A DNA stretch of 64,000 nt from Auanema rhodensis (taxonomy: Eukaryota; Animalia; Nematoda). Under the pieces are notes generated by a model, which made no database searches, was not told the origin of the DNA, and saw only the letters and a program-made list of their open reading frames with translations. Made by a program: the position numbers and the translations under genes. The stretch is taken from assembly GCA_964057225.1 (NCBI GenBank), contig OZ059896.1, forward strand, positions 21,018,001 to 21,082,000, in the 5' to 3' direction. Of the stretch, positions 28,434-41,481 are shown in pieces (within the stretch, counting starts at the first letter, position 1; each line of letters opens with the position of its first letter).

Positions 28434-29837
28434 ATTTCAAAATAATTTAGCAAAAAGTAGATGTTTTTAGATTCCATTTTTCAAGGCAAAGACGATAGAC
28501 AATGTTATTCAACGAAAAAATTAATTCTTCAGGGTGAAAATCGAGGATATATGTGTGAACTTATATCAGTTGATATCTCGGTGCATTTTTAAGCTAGCGC
28601 AAATCTGATAACACAGATCGACGCAGCTTAAAAATCCACATCGAATGCACTTTACTACATTGAGAAACGCTTGATACAAAAATTAGTTATGATCGTTTGA
28701 AAAATGATGCATTAGTGTATGTTGAGTTTCCATGTACACTCAACATTGCTTCCAAAAACATTTTGACAAAAATTTTTTCGAAAAATTTCAAAATAATTTA
28801 GCAAAAAGTAGATGTTTTTAGATTCCTTTTTTCAAGGCAAAGACGATAGACAATGTTATTCAACGAAAAAATTAATTCTTCAGGGTGAAAATCGAGGATA
28901 TAAGTGTGAACTTATATCAGTTGATATCTCGGTGCATTTCTAAGCTAGCGCAAATCTGATAACACAGATCGACGCAGCTTAAAAATCCGCATCGAATGCA
29001 CTATACTACATTGAGAAACGCTTGATACAAAAATTAGTTATGATCGTTTGAAAAATGATGCATTAGTGTATGTTGAGTTTCCATGTACACTCAACATTGC
29101 TTCCAAAAACATTTTGACAAAAATTTTTTCGAAAAATTTCAAAATAATTTAGCAAAAAGTAGATGTTTTTAGATTCCATTTTTCAAGGCAAAGACGATAG
29201 ACAATGTTATTCAACGAAAAAATTAATTCTTCAGGGTGAAAATCGAGGATATAAGTGTGAACTTATATCAGTTGATATCTCGGTGCATTTTCAAGCTAGC
29301 GCAAATCTGATAACACAGATCGACGCAGTTTAAAAATCCGCATCGAATGCACTATACTACACTGAGAAACGCTTGATACAAAAATTAGTTATGATCGTTT
29401 GAAAAATGATGCATTAGTGTATGTTGAGTTTCCATGTACACTCAACATTGCTTCCAAAAACATTTTGACAAAAATTTTTTCGAAAAATTTCAAAATAATT
29501 TAGCAAAAAGTAGATGTTTTTAGATTCCATTTTTCAAGGCAAAGACGATAGACAATGTTATTCAACGAAAAAATTAATTCTTCAGGGTGAAAATCGAGGA
29601 TATAAGTGTGAACTTATATCAGTTGATATCTCGGTGCATTTTTAAGCTAGCGCAAATCTGATAACACAGATCGACGCAGCTTAAAAATCCGCATCGAATG
29701 CACTATACTACATTGAGAAACGCTTAATACACAAATTAGTTATGATCGTTTGAAAAATGATGCATTAGTGTATGTTGAGTTTCCATGTACACTCAACATT
29801 GCTTCCAAAAACATTTTGACAAAAATTTTTTCGAAAA
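28434..29837 (+). repeat. 4-monomer higher-order unit (82-85), repeated at 33409-34812 and 36217-37620
   Basis: Ordered markers: [GATATATG+ATCCAC+CACTTTAC], [TTCCTTTTTTC+TTTCTAAG], [GCAGTTT+ACACTGAG], [TTAATACAC]. Confidence 0.88.
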
Positions 29838-31960
29838 ATTTCAAAATAATTTAGCAAAAAGTAGATGTTTTTAGATTCCATTTTTCAAGGCAAAGACGAT
29901 AGACAATGTTATTCAACGAAAAAATTAATTCTTCAGGGTGAAAATCGAGGATATAAGTGTGAACTTATATCAGTTGATATCTCGGTGCATTTTTAAGCTA
30001 GCGCAAATCTGATAACACAGATCGACGCAGCTTAAAAATCCGCATCGAATGCACTATACTACATTGAGAAACGCTTGATACAAAAATTAGTTATGATCGT
30101 TTGAAAAATGATGCATTAGTGTATGTTGAGTTTCCATGTACACTCAACATTGCTTCCAAAAACATTTTGACAAAAATTTTTTCGAAAAATTTCAAAATAA
30201 TTTAGCAAAAAGTAGATGTTTTTAGATTCCATTTTTCAAGGCAAAGACGATAGACAATGTTATTCAACGAAAAAATTAATTCTTCAGGGTGAAAATCGAG
30301 GATATAAGTGTGAACTTATATCAGTTGATATCTCGGTGCATTTTCAAGCTAGCGCAAATCTGATAACACAGATCGACGCAGCTTAAAAATCCGCATCGAA
30401 TGCACTATACTACATTGAGAAACGCTTGATACAAAAATTAGTTATGATCGTTTGAAAAATGATGCATTAGTGTATGTTGAGTTTCCATGTACACTCAACA
30501 TTGCTTCCAAAAACATTTTGACAAAAATTTTTTCGAAAAATTTCAAAATAATTTAGCAAAAAGTAGATGTTTTTAGATTCCATTTCTCAAGGCAAAGACG
30601 ATAGACAATGTTATTCAACGAAAAAATTAATTCTTCAGGGTGAAAATCGAGGATATAAGTGTGAACTTATATCAGTTGATATCTCGGTGCATTTCTAAGC
30701 TAGCGCAAATCTGATAACACAGATCGACGCAGCTTAAAAATCCGCATCGAATGCACTATACTACATTGAGAAACGCTTGATACAAAAATTAGTTATGATC
30801 GTTTGAAAAATGATGCATTAGTGTATGTTGAGTTTCCATGTACACTCAACATTGCTTCCAAAAACATTTTGACAAAAATTTTTTCGAAAAATTTCAAAAT
30901 AATTTAGCAAAAAGTAGATGTTTTTAGATTCCATTTTTTAAGGCAAAGACGATAGACAATGTTATTCAACGAAAAAATTAATTCTTCAGGGTGAAAATCG
31001 AGGATATAAGTGTGAACTTATATCAGTTGATATCTCGGTGCATTTTCAAGCTAGCGCAAATCTGATAACACAGATCGACGCAGCTTAAAAATCCGCATCG
31101 AATGCACTATACTACATTGAGAAACGCTTGATACAAAAATTAGTTATGATCGTTTGAAAAATGATGCATTAGTGTATGTTGAGTTTCCATGTACACTCAA
31201 CATTGCTTCCAAAAACATTTTGACAAAAATTTTTTCGAAAAATTTCAAAATAATTTAGCAAAAAGTAGATGTTTTTAGATTCCATTTTTCAAGGCAAAGA
31301 CGATAGACAATGTTATTCAACGAAAAAATTAATTCTTCAGGGTGAAAATCGAGGATATAAGTGTGAACTTATATCAGTTGATATCTCGGTGCATTTTTAA
31401 GCTAGCGCAAATCTGATAACACAGATCGACGCAGCTTAAAAATCCGCATCGAATGCACTATACTACATTGAGAAACGCTTAATACACAAATTAGTTATGA
31501 TCGTTTGAAAAATGATGCATTAGTGTATGTTGAGTTTCCATGTACACTCAACATTGCTTCCAAAAACAGTTTGACAAAAATTTTTTCGAAAAATTTCAAA
31601 ATAATTTAGCAAAAAGTAGATGTTTTTAGATTTCTTTTTTCAAGGCAAAGACGATGGACAATGTTATTCAACGAAAAAATTAATTCTTCAGGGTGAAAAT
31701 CGAGGATATAAGTGTGAACTTATATCAGTTGATATCTCGGTGCATTTTTAAGCTAGCGCAAATCTGATAACACAGATCGACGCAGCTTAAAAATCCGCAT
31801 CGAATGCACTATACTACATTGAGAAACGCTTGATACAAAAATTAGTTATGATTGTTTGAAAAATGATGCATTAGTGTATGTTGAGTTTCCATGTACACTC
31901 AACATTGCTTCCAAAAACATTTTGACAAAAATTTTTTCGAAAAATTTCAAAATAATTTAG

Positions 31961-32016
31961 CAAAAAGTAGATGTTTTTAGATTCCATTCAAAAAGTAGAT
32001 GTTTTTAGATTCCATT
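31961..32016 (+). repeat. Perfect 28-bp tandem duplication
   Basis: CAAAAAGTAGATGTTTTTAGATTCCATT at 31961-31988 and 31989-32016. Confidence 0.97.
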
Positions 32017-32030
32017 TTTCAAGGCAAAGA

Positions 32031-32096
32031 CGATGGACAATGTTATTCAACGAAAAAATTAATCGATGGACAATGTTATTCAACGAAAAAATTAAT
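32031..32096 (+). repeat. Perfect 33-bp tandem duplication
   Basis: CGATGGACAATGTTATTCAACGAAAAAATTAAT at 32031-32063 and 32064-32096. Confidence 0.97.
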
Positions 32097-35000
32097 TCTT
32101 CAGGGTGAAAATCGAGGATATAAGTGTGAACTTATATCAGTTGATATCTCGGTGCATTTCTAAGCTAGCGCAAATCTGATAACACAGATCGACGCAGCTT
32201 AAAAATCCGCATCGAATGCACTATACTACATTGAGAAACGCTTGATACAAAAATTAGTTATGATCGTTTGAAAAATGATGCATTAGTGTATGTTGAGTTT
32301 CCATGTACACTCAACATTGCTTCCAAAAACATTTTGACAAAAATTTTTTCGAAAAATTTCAAAATAATTTAGCAAGAAGTAGATGTTTTTAGATTTCTTT
32401 TTTCAAGGCAAAGACGATGGACAATGTTATTCAACGAAAAAATTAATTCTTCAGGGTGAAAATCGAGGATATAAGTGTGAACTTATATCAGTTGATATCT
32501 CGGTGCATTTTTAAGCTAGCGCAAATCTGATAACACAGATCGACGCAGCTTAAAAATCCGCATCGAATGCACTATACAACATCAAGAAACGCTTGATACA
32601 AAAATTAGTTATGATCGTTTGAAAAATGATGCATTAGTGTATGTTGAGTTTCCATGTACACTCAACATTGCTTCCAAAAACATTTTGACAAAAATTTTTT
32701 CGAAAAATTTCAAAATAATTTAGCAAGAAGTAGATGTTTTTAGATTTCTTTTTTCAAGGCAAAGACGATGGACAATGTTATTCAACGAAAAAATTAATTC
32801 TTCAGGGTGAAAATCGAGGATATATGTGTGAACTTATATCAGTTGATATCTCGGTGCATTTTTAAGCTAGCGCAAATCTGATAACACAGATCGACGCAGC
32901 TTAAAAATCCACATCGAATGCACTTTACTACATTGAGAAACGCTTGATACAAAAATTAGTTATGATCGTTTGAAAAATGATGCATTAGTGTATGTTGAGT
33001 TTCCATGTACACTCAACATTGCTTCCAAAAACATTTTGACAAAAATTTTTTCGAAAAATTTCAAAATAATTTAGCAAAAAGTAGATGTTTTTAGATTCCT
33101 TTTTTCAAGGCAAAGACGATAGACAATGTTATTCAACGAAATAATTAATTCTTCAGGGTGAAAATCGAGGATATAAGTGTGAACTTATATCAGTTGATAT
33201 CTCGGTGCATTTTTAAGCTAGCGCAAATCTGATAACACAGATCGACGCAGCTTAAAAATCCGCATCGAATGCACTATACAACATCAAGAAACGCTTGATA
33301 CAAAAATTAGTTATGATCGTTTGAAAAATGATGCATTAGTGTATGTTGAGTTTCCATGTACACTCAACATTGCTTCCAAAAACATTTTGACAAAAATTTT
33401 TTCGAAAAATTTCAAAATAATTTAGCAAAAAGTAGATGTTTTTAGATTCCATTTTTCAAGGCAAAGACGATAGACAATGTTATTCAACGAAAAAATTAAT
33501 TCTTCAGGGTGAAAATCGAGGATATATGTGTGAACTTATATCAGTTGATATCTCGGTGCATTTTTAAGCTAGCGCAAATCTGATAACACAGATCGACGCA
33601 GCTTAAAAATCCACATCGAATGCACTTTACTACATTGAGAAACGCTTGATACAAAAATTAGTTATGATCGTTTGAAAAATGATGCATTAGTGTATGTTGA
33701 GTTTCCATGTACACTCAACATTGCTTCCAAAAACATTTTGACAAAAATTTTTTCGAAAAATTTCAAAATAATTTAGCAAAAAGTAGATGTTTTTAGATTC
33801 CTTTTTTCAAGGCAAAGACGATAGACAATGTTATTCAACGAAAAAATTAATTCTTCAGGGTGAAAATCGAGGATATAAGTGTGAACTTATATCAGTTGAT
33901 ATCTCGGTGCATTTCTAAGCTAGCGCAAATCTGATAACACAGATCGACGCAGCTTAAAAATCCGCATCGAATGCACTATACTACATTGAGAAACGCTTGA
34001 TACAAAAATTAGTTATGATCGTTTGAAAAATGATGCATTAGTGTATGTTGAGTTTCCATGTACACTCAACATTGCTTCCAAAAACATTTTGACAAAAATT
34101 TTTTCGAAAAATTTCAAAATAATTTAGCAAAAAGTAGATGTTTTTAGATTCCATTTTTCAAGGCAAAGACGATAGACAATGTTATTCAACGAAAAAATTA
34201 ATTCTTCAGGGTGAAAATCGAGGATATAAGTGTGAACTTATATCAGTTGATATCTCGGTGCATTTTCAAGCTAGCGCAAATCTGATAACACAGATCGACG
34301 CAGTTTAAAAATCCGCATCGAATGCACTATACTACACTGAGAAACGCTTGATACAAAAATTAGTTATGATCGTTTGAAAAATGATGCATTAGTGTATGTT
34401 GAGTTTCCATGTACACTCAACATTGCTTCCAAAAACATTTTGACAAAAATTTTTTCGAAAAATTTCAAAATAATTTAGCAAAAAGTAGATGTTTTTAGAT
34501 TCCATTTTTCAAGGCAAAGACGATAGACAATGTTATTCAACGAAAAAATTAATTCTTCAGGGTGAAAATCGAGGATATAAGTGTGAACTTATATCAGTTG
34601 ATATCTCGGTGCATTTTTAAGCTAGCGCAAATCTGATAACACAGATCGACGCAGCTTAAAAATCCGCATCGAATGCACTATACTACATTGAGAAACGCTT
34701 AATACACAAATTAGTTATGATCGTTTGAAAAATGATGCATTAGTGTATGTTGAGTTTCCATGTACACTCAACATTGCTTCCAAAAACATTTTGACAAAAA
34801 TTTTTTCGAAAAATTTCAAAATAATTTAGCAAAAAGTAGATGTTTTTAGATTCCATTTTTCAAGGCAAAGACGATAGACAATGTTATTCAACGAAAAAAT
34901 TAATTCTTCAGGGTGAAAATCGAGGATATAAGTGTGAACTTATATCATTTGATATCTCGGTGCATTTTTAAGCTAGCGCAAATCTGATAACACAGATCGA

Positions 35001-38000
35001 CGCAGCTTAAAAATCCGCATCGAATGCACTATACTACATTGAGAAACGCTTAATACACAAATTAGTTATGATCGTTTGAAAAATGATGCATTAGTGTATG
35101 TTGAGTTTCCATGTACACTCAACATTGCTTCCAAAAACATTTTGACAAAAATTTTTTCGAAAAATTTCAAAATAATTTAGCAAAAAGTAGATGTTTTTAG
35201 ATTCCATTTTTCAAGGCAAAGACGATAGACAATGTTATTCAACGAAAAAATTAATTCTTCAGGGTGAAAATCGAGGATATAAGTGTGAACTTATATCATT
35301 TGATATCTCGGTGCATTTTCAAGCTAGCGCAAATCTGATAACACAGATCGACGCAGCTTAAAAATCCGCATCGAATGCACTATACTACATTGAGAAACGC
35401 TTGATACAAAAATTAGTTATGATCGTTTGAAAAATGATGCATTAGTGTATGTTGAGTTTCCATGTACACTCAACATTGCTTCCAAAAACATTTTGACAAA
35501 AATTTTTTCGAAAAATTTCAAAATAATTTAGCAAAAAGTAGATGTTTTTAGATTCCATTTTTCAAGGCAAAGACGATAGACAATGTTATTCAACGAAAAA
35601 ATTAATTCTTCAGGGTGAAAATCGAGGATATAAGTGTGAACTTATATCAGTTGATATCTCGGTGCATTTTTAAGCTAGCGCAAATCTGATAACACAGATC
35701 GACGCAGCTTAAAAATCTGCATCGAATGCACTATACTACATCAAGAAACGCTTGATACAAAAATTAGTTATGATCGTTTGAAAAATGATGCATTAGTGTA
35801 TGTTGAGTTTCCATGTACACTCAACATTGCTTCCAAAAACATTTTGACAAAAATTTTTTCGAAAAATTTCAAAATAATTTAGCAAAAAGTAGATGTTTTT
35901 AGATTCCTTTTTTCAAGGCAAAGACGATAGACAATGTTATTCAACGAAAAAATTAATTCTTCAGGGTGAAAATCGAGGATATAAGTGTGAACTTATATCA
36001 GTTGATATCTCGGTGCATTTTTAAGCTAGCGCAAATCTGATAACACAGATCGACGCAGCTTAAAAATCCGCATCGAATGCACTATACAACATCAAGAAAC
36101 GCTTGATACAAAAATTAGTTATGATCGTTTGAAAAATGATGCATTAGTGTATGTTGAGTTTCCATGTACACTCAACATTGCTTCCAAAAACATTTTGACA
36201 AAAATTTTTTCGAAAAATTTCAAAATAATTTAGCAAAAAGTAGATGTTTTTAGATTCCATTTTTCAAGGCAAAGACGATAGACAATGTTATTCAACGAAA
36301 AAATTAATTCTTCAGGGTGAAAATCGAGGATATATGTGTGAACTTATATCAGTTGATATCTCGGTGCATTTTTAAGCTAGCGCAAATCTGATAACACAGA
36401 TCGACGCAGCTTAAAAATCCACATCGAATGCACTTTACTACATTGAGAAACGCTTGATACAAAAATTAGTTATGATCGTTTGAAAAATGATGCATTAGTG
36501 TATGTTGAGTTTCCATGTACACTCAACATTGCTTCCAAAAACATTTTGACAAAAATTTTTTCGAAAAATTTCAAAATAATTTAGCAAAAAGTAGATGTTT
36601 TTAGATTCCTTTTTTCAAGGCAAAGACGATAGACAATGTTATTCAACGAAAAAATTAATTCTTCAGGGTGAAAATCGAGGATATAAGTGTGAACTTATAT
36701 CAGTTGATATCTCGGTGCATTTCTAAGCTAGCGCAAATCTGATAACACAGATCGACGCAGCTTAAAAATCCGCATCGAATGCACTATACTACATTGAGAA
36801 ACGCTTGATACAAAAATTAGTTATGATCGTTTGAAAAATGATGCATTAGTGTATGTTGAGTTTCCATGTACACTCAACATTGCTTCCAAAAACATTTTGA
36901 CAAAAATTTTTTCGAAAAATTTCAAAATAATTTAGCAAAAAGTAGATGTTTTTAGATTCCATTTTTCAAGGCAAAGACGATAGACAATGTTATTCAACGA
37001 AAAAATTAATTCTTCAGGGTGAAAATCGAGGATATAAGTGTGAACTTATATCAGTTGATATCTCGGTGCATTTTCAAGCTAGCGCAAATCTGATAACACA
37101 GATCGACGCAGTTTAAAAATCCGCATCGAATGCACTATACTACACTGAGAAACGCTTGATACAAAAATTAGTTATGATCGTTTGAAAAATGATGCATTAG
37201 TGTATGTTGAGTTTCCATGTACACTCAACATTGCTTCCAAAAACATTTTGACAAAAATTTTTTCGAAAAATTTCAAAATAATTTAGCAAAAAGTAGATGT
37301 TTTTAGATTCCATTTTTCAAGGCAAAGACGATAGACAATGTTATTCAACGAAAAAATTAATTCTTCAGGGTGAAAATCGAGGATATAAGTGTGAACTTAT
37401 ATCAGTTGATATCTCGGTGCATTTTTAAGCTAGCGCAAATCTGATAACACAGATCGACGCAGCTTAAAAATCCGCATCGAATGCACTATACTACATTGAG
37501 AAACGCTTAATACACAAATTAGTTATGATCGTTTGAAAAATGATGCATTAGTGTATGTTGAGTTTCCATGTACACTCAACATTGCTTCCAAAAACATTTT
37601 GACAAAAATTTTTTCGAAAAATTTCAAAATAATTTAGCAAAAAGTAGATGTTTTTAGATTCCATTTTTCAAGGCAAAGACGATAGACAATGTTATTCAAC
37701 GAAAAAATTAATTCTTCAGGGTGAAAATCGAGGATATAAGTGTGAACTTATATCATTTGATATCTCGGTGCATTTTCAAGCTAGCGCAAATCTGATAACA
37801 CAGATCGACGCAGCTTAAAAATCCGCATCGAATGCACTATACTACATTGAGAAACGCTTGATACAAAAATTAGTTATGATCGTTTGAAAAATGATGCATT
37901 AGTGTATGTTGAGTTTCCATGTACACTCAACATTGCTTCCAAAAACATTTTGACAAAAATTTTTTCGAAAAATTTCAAAATAATTTAGCAAAAAGTAGAT

Positions 38001-38673
38001 GTTTTTAGATTCCATTTTTCAAGGCAAAGACGATAGACAATGTTATTCAACGAAAAAATTAATTCTTCAGGGTGAAAATCGAGGATATAAGTGTGAACTT
38101 ATATCAGTTGATATCTCGGTGCATTTTTAAGCTAGCGCAAATCTGATAACACAGATCGACGCAGCTTAAAAATCCGCATCGAATGCACTATACTACATTG
38201 AGAAACGCTTAATACACAAATTAGTTATGATCGTTTGAAAAATGATGCATTAGTGTATGTTGAGTTTCCATGTACACTCAACATTGCTTCCAAAAACAGT
38301 TTGACAAAAATTTTTTCGAAAAATTTCAAAATAATTTAGCAAAAAGTAGATGTTTTTAGATTTCTTTTTTCAAGGCAAAGACGATGGACAATGTTATTCA
38401 ACGAAAAAATTAATTCTTCAGGGTGAAAATCGAGGATATAAGTGTGAACTTATATCAGTTGATATCTCGGTGCATTTTTAAGCTAGCGCAAATCTGATAA
38501 CACAGATCGACGCAGCTTAAAAATCTGCATCGAATGCACTATACTACATCAAGAAACGCTTGATACAAAAATTAGTTATGATCGTTTGAAAAATGATGCA
38601 TTAGTGTATGTTGAGTTTCCATGTACACTCAACATTGCTTCCAAAAACATTTTGACAAAAATTTTTTCGAAAA

Positions 38674-41481
38674 ATTTCAAAATAATTTAGCAAAAAGTAG
38701 ATGTTTTTAGATTCCTTTTTTCAAGGCAAAGACGATGGACAATGTTATTCAACGAAAAAATTAATTCTTCAGGGTGAAAATCGAGGATATAAGTGTGAAC
38801 TTATATCAGTTGATATCTCGGTGCATTTTTAAGCTAGCGCAAATCTGATAACACAGATCGACGCAGCTTAAAAATCTGCATCGAATGCACTATACTACAT
38901 CAAGAAACGCTTGATACAAAAATTAGTTATGATCGTTTGAAAAATGATGCATTAGTGTATGTTGAGTTTCCATGTACACTCAACATTGCTTCCAAAAACA
39001 TTTTGACAAAAATTTTTTCGAAAAATTTCAAAATAATTTAGCAAAAAGTAGATGTTTTTAGATTCCATTTTTCAAGGCAAAGACGATAAACAATGTTATT
39101 CAACGAAAAAATTAATTCTTCAGGGTGAAAATCGAGGATATAAGTGTGAACTTATATCAGTTGATATCTCGGTGCATTTTTAAGCTAGCGCAAATCTGAT
39201 AACACAGATCGACGCAGCTTAAAAATCTGCATCGAATGCACTATACTACATTGAGAAACGCTTAATACACAAATTAGTTATGATCGTTTGAAAAATGATG
39301 CATTAGTGTATGTTGAGTTTCCATGTACACTCAACATTGCTTCCAAAAACAGTTTGACAAAAATTTTTTCGAAAAATTTCAAAATAATTTAGCAAAAAGT
39401 AGATGTTTTTAGATTCCTTTTTTCAAGGCAAAGACGATGGACAATGTTATTCAACGAAAAAATTAATTCTTCAGGGTGAAAATCGAGGATATAAGTGTGA
39501 ACTTATATCAGTTGATATCTCGGTGCATTTTTAAGCTAGCGCAAATCTGATAACACAGATCGACGCAGCTTAAAAATCTGCATCGAATGCACTATACTAC
39601 ATCAAGAAACGCTTGATACAAAAATTAGTTATGATCGTTTGAAAAATGATGCATTAGTGTATGTTGAGTTTCCATGTACACTCAACATTGCTTCCAAAAA
39701 CATTTTGACAAAAATTTTTTCGAAAAATTTCAAAATAATTTAGCAAAAAGTAGATGTTTTTAGATTCCATTTTTCAAGGCAAAGACGATAAACAATGTTA
39801 TTCAACGAAAAAATTAATTCTTCAGGGTGAAAATCGAGGATATAAGTGTGAACTTATATCAGTTGATATCTCGGTGCATTTTTAAGCTAGCGCAAATCTG
39901 ATAACACAGATCGACGCAGCTTAAAAATCCGCATCGAATGCACTATACTACATTGAGAAACGCTTAATACACAAATTAGTTATGATCGTTTGAAAAATGA
40001 TGCATTAGTGTATGTTGAGTTTCCATGTACACTCAACATTGCTTCCAAAAACAGTTTGACAAAAATTTTTTCGAAAAATTTCAAAATAATTTAGCAAAAA
40101 GTAGATGTTTTTAGATTTCTTTTTTCAAGGCAAAGACGATGGACAATGTTATTCAACGAAAAAATTAATTCTTCAGGGTGAAAATCGAGGATATAAGTGT
40201 GAACTTATATCAGTTGATATCTCGGTGCATTTTTAAGCTAGCGCAAATCTGATAACACAGATCGACGCAGCTTAAAAATCTGCATCGAATGCACTATACT
40301 ACATCAAGAAACGCTTGATACAAAAATTAGTTATGATCGTTTGAAAAATGATGCATTAGTGTATGTTGAGTTTCCATGTACACTCAACATTGCTTCCAAA
40401 AACATTTTGACAAAAATTTTTTCGAAAAATTTCAAAATAATTTAGCAAAAAGTAGATGTTTTTAGATTCCATTTTTCAAGGCAAAGACGATAAACAATGT
40501 TATTCAACGAAAAAATTAATTCTTCAGGGTGAAAATCGAGGATATAAGTGTGAACTTATATCAGTTGATATCTCGGTGCATTTTTAAGCTAGCGCAAATC
40601 TGATAACACAGATCGACGCAGCTTAAAAATCTGCATCGAATGCACTATACTACATTGAGAAACGCTTAATACACAAATTAGTTATGATCGTTTGAAAAAT
40701 GATGCATTAGTGTATGTTGAGTTTCCATGTACACTCAACATTGCTTCCAAAAACAGTTTGACAAAAATTTTTTCGAAAAATTTCAAAATAATTTAGCAAA
40801 AAGTAGATGTTTTTAGATTCCTTTTTTCAAGGCAAAGACGATGGACAATGTTATTCAACGAAAAAATTAATTCTTCAGGGTGAAAATCGAGGATATAAGT
40901 GTGAACTTATATCAGTTGATATCTCGGTGCATTTTTAAGCTAGCGCAAATCTGATAACACAGATCGACGCAGCTTAAAAATCTGCATCGAATGCACTATA
41001 CTACATCAAGAAACGCTTGATACAAAAATTAGTTATGATCGTTTGAAAAATGATGCATTAGTGTATGTTGAGTTTCCATGTACACTCAACATTGCTTCCA
41101 AAAACATTTTGACAAAAATTTTTTCGAAAAATTTCAAAATAATTTAGCAAAAAGTAGATGTTTTTAGATTCCATTTTTCAAGGCAAAGACGATAAACAAT
41201 GTTATTCAACGAAAAAATTAATTCTTCAGGGTGAAAATCGAGGATATAAGTGTGAACTTATATCAGTTGATATCTCGGTGCATTTTTAAGCTAGCGCAAA
41301 TCTGATAACACAGATCGACGCAGCTTAAAAATCTGCATCGAATGCACTATACTACATTGAGAAACGCTTAATACACAAATTAGTTATGATCGTTTGAAAA
41401 ATGATGCATTAGTGTATGTTGAGTTTCCATGTACACTCAACATTGCTTCCAAAAACAGTTTGACAAAAATTTTTTCGAAAA
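38674..41481 (+). repeat. Dimeric (702-bp) higher-order stretch, monomers 111-118
   Basis: Strict alternation of [GATGGAC+ATCTGC+CATCAAG] and [GATAAAC+TTAATACAC+CAGTTTG] monomers. Confidence 0.85.

Larger units (their letters stand above)
31944..32355 (+). repeat. Aberrant monomer 92, 412 bp (351+28+33)
   Basis: It contains two internal tandem duplications; the downstream register shifts by +61. Confidence 0.97.

Noticed and set aside
31961-32096. Transposon insertion with target-site duplication
   Set aside because: No foreign sequence, terminal repeats or poly(A) tail are present; all extra bases are copies of adjacent satellite.
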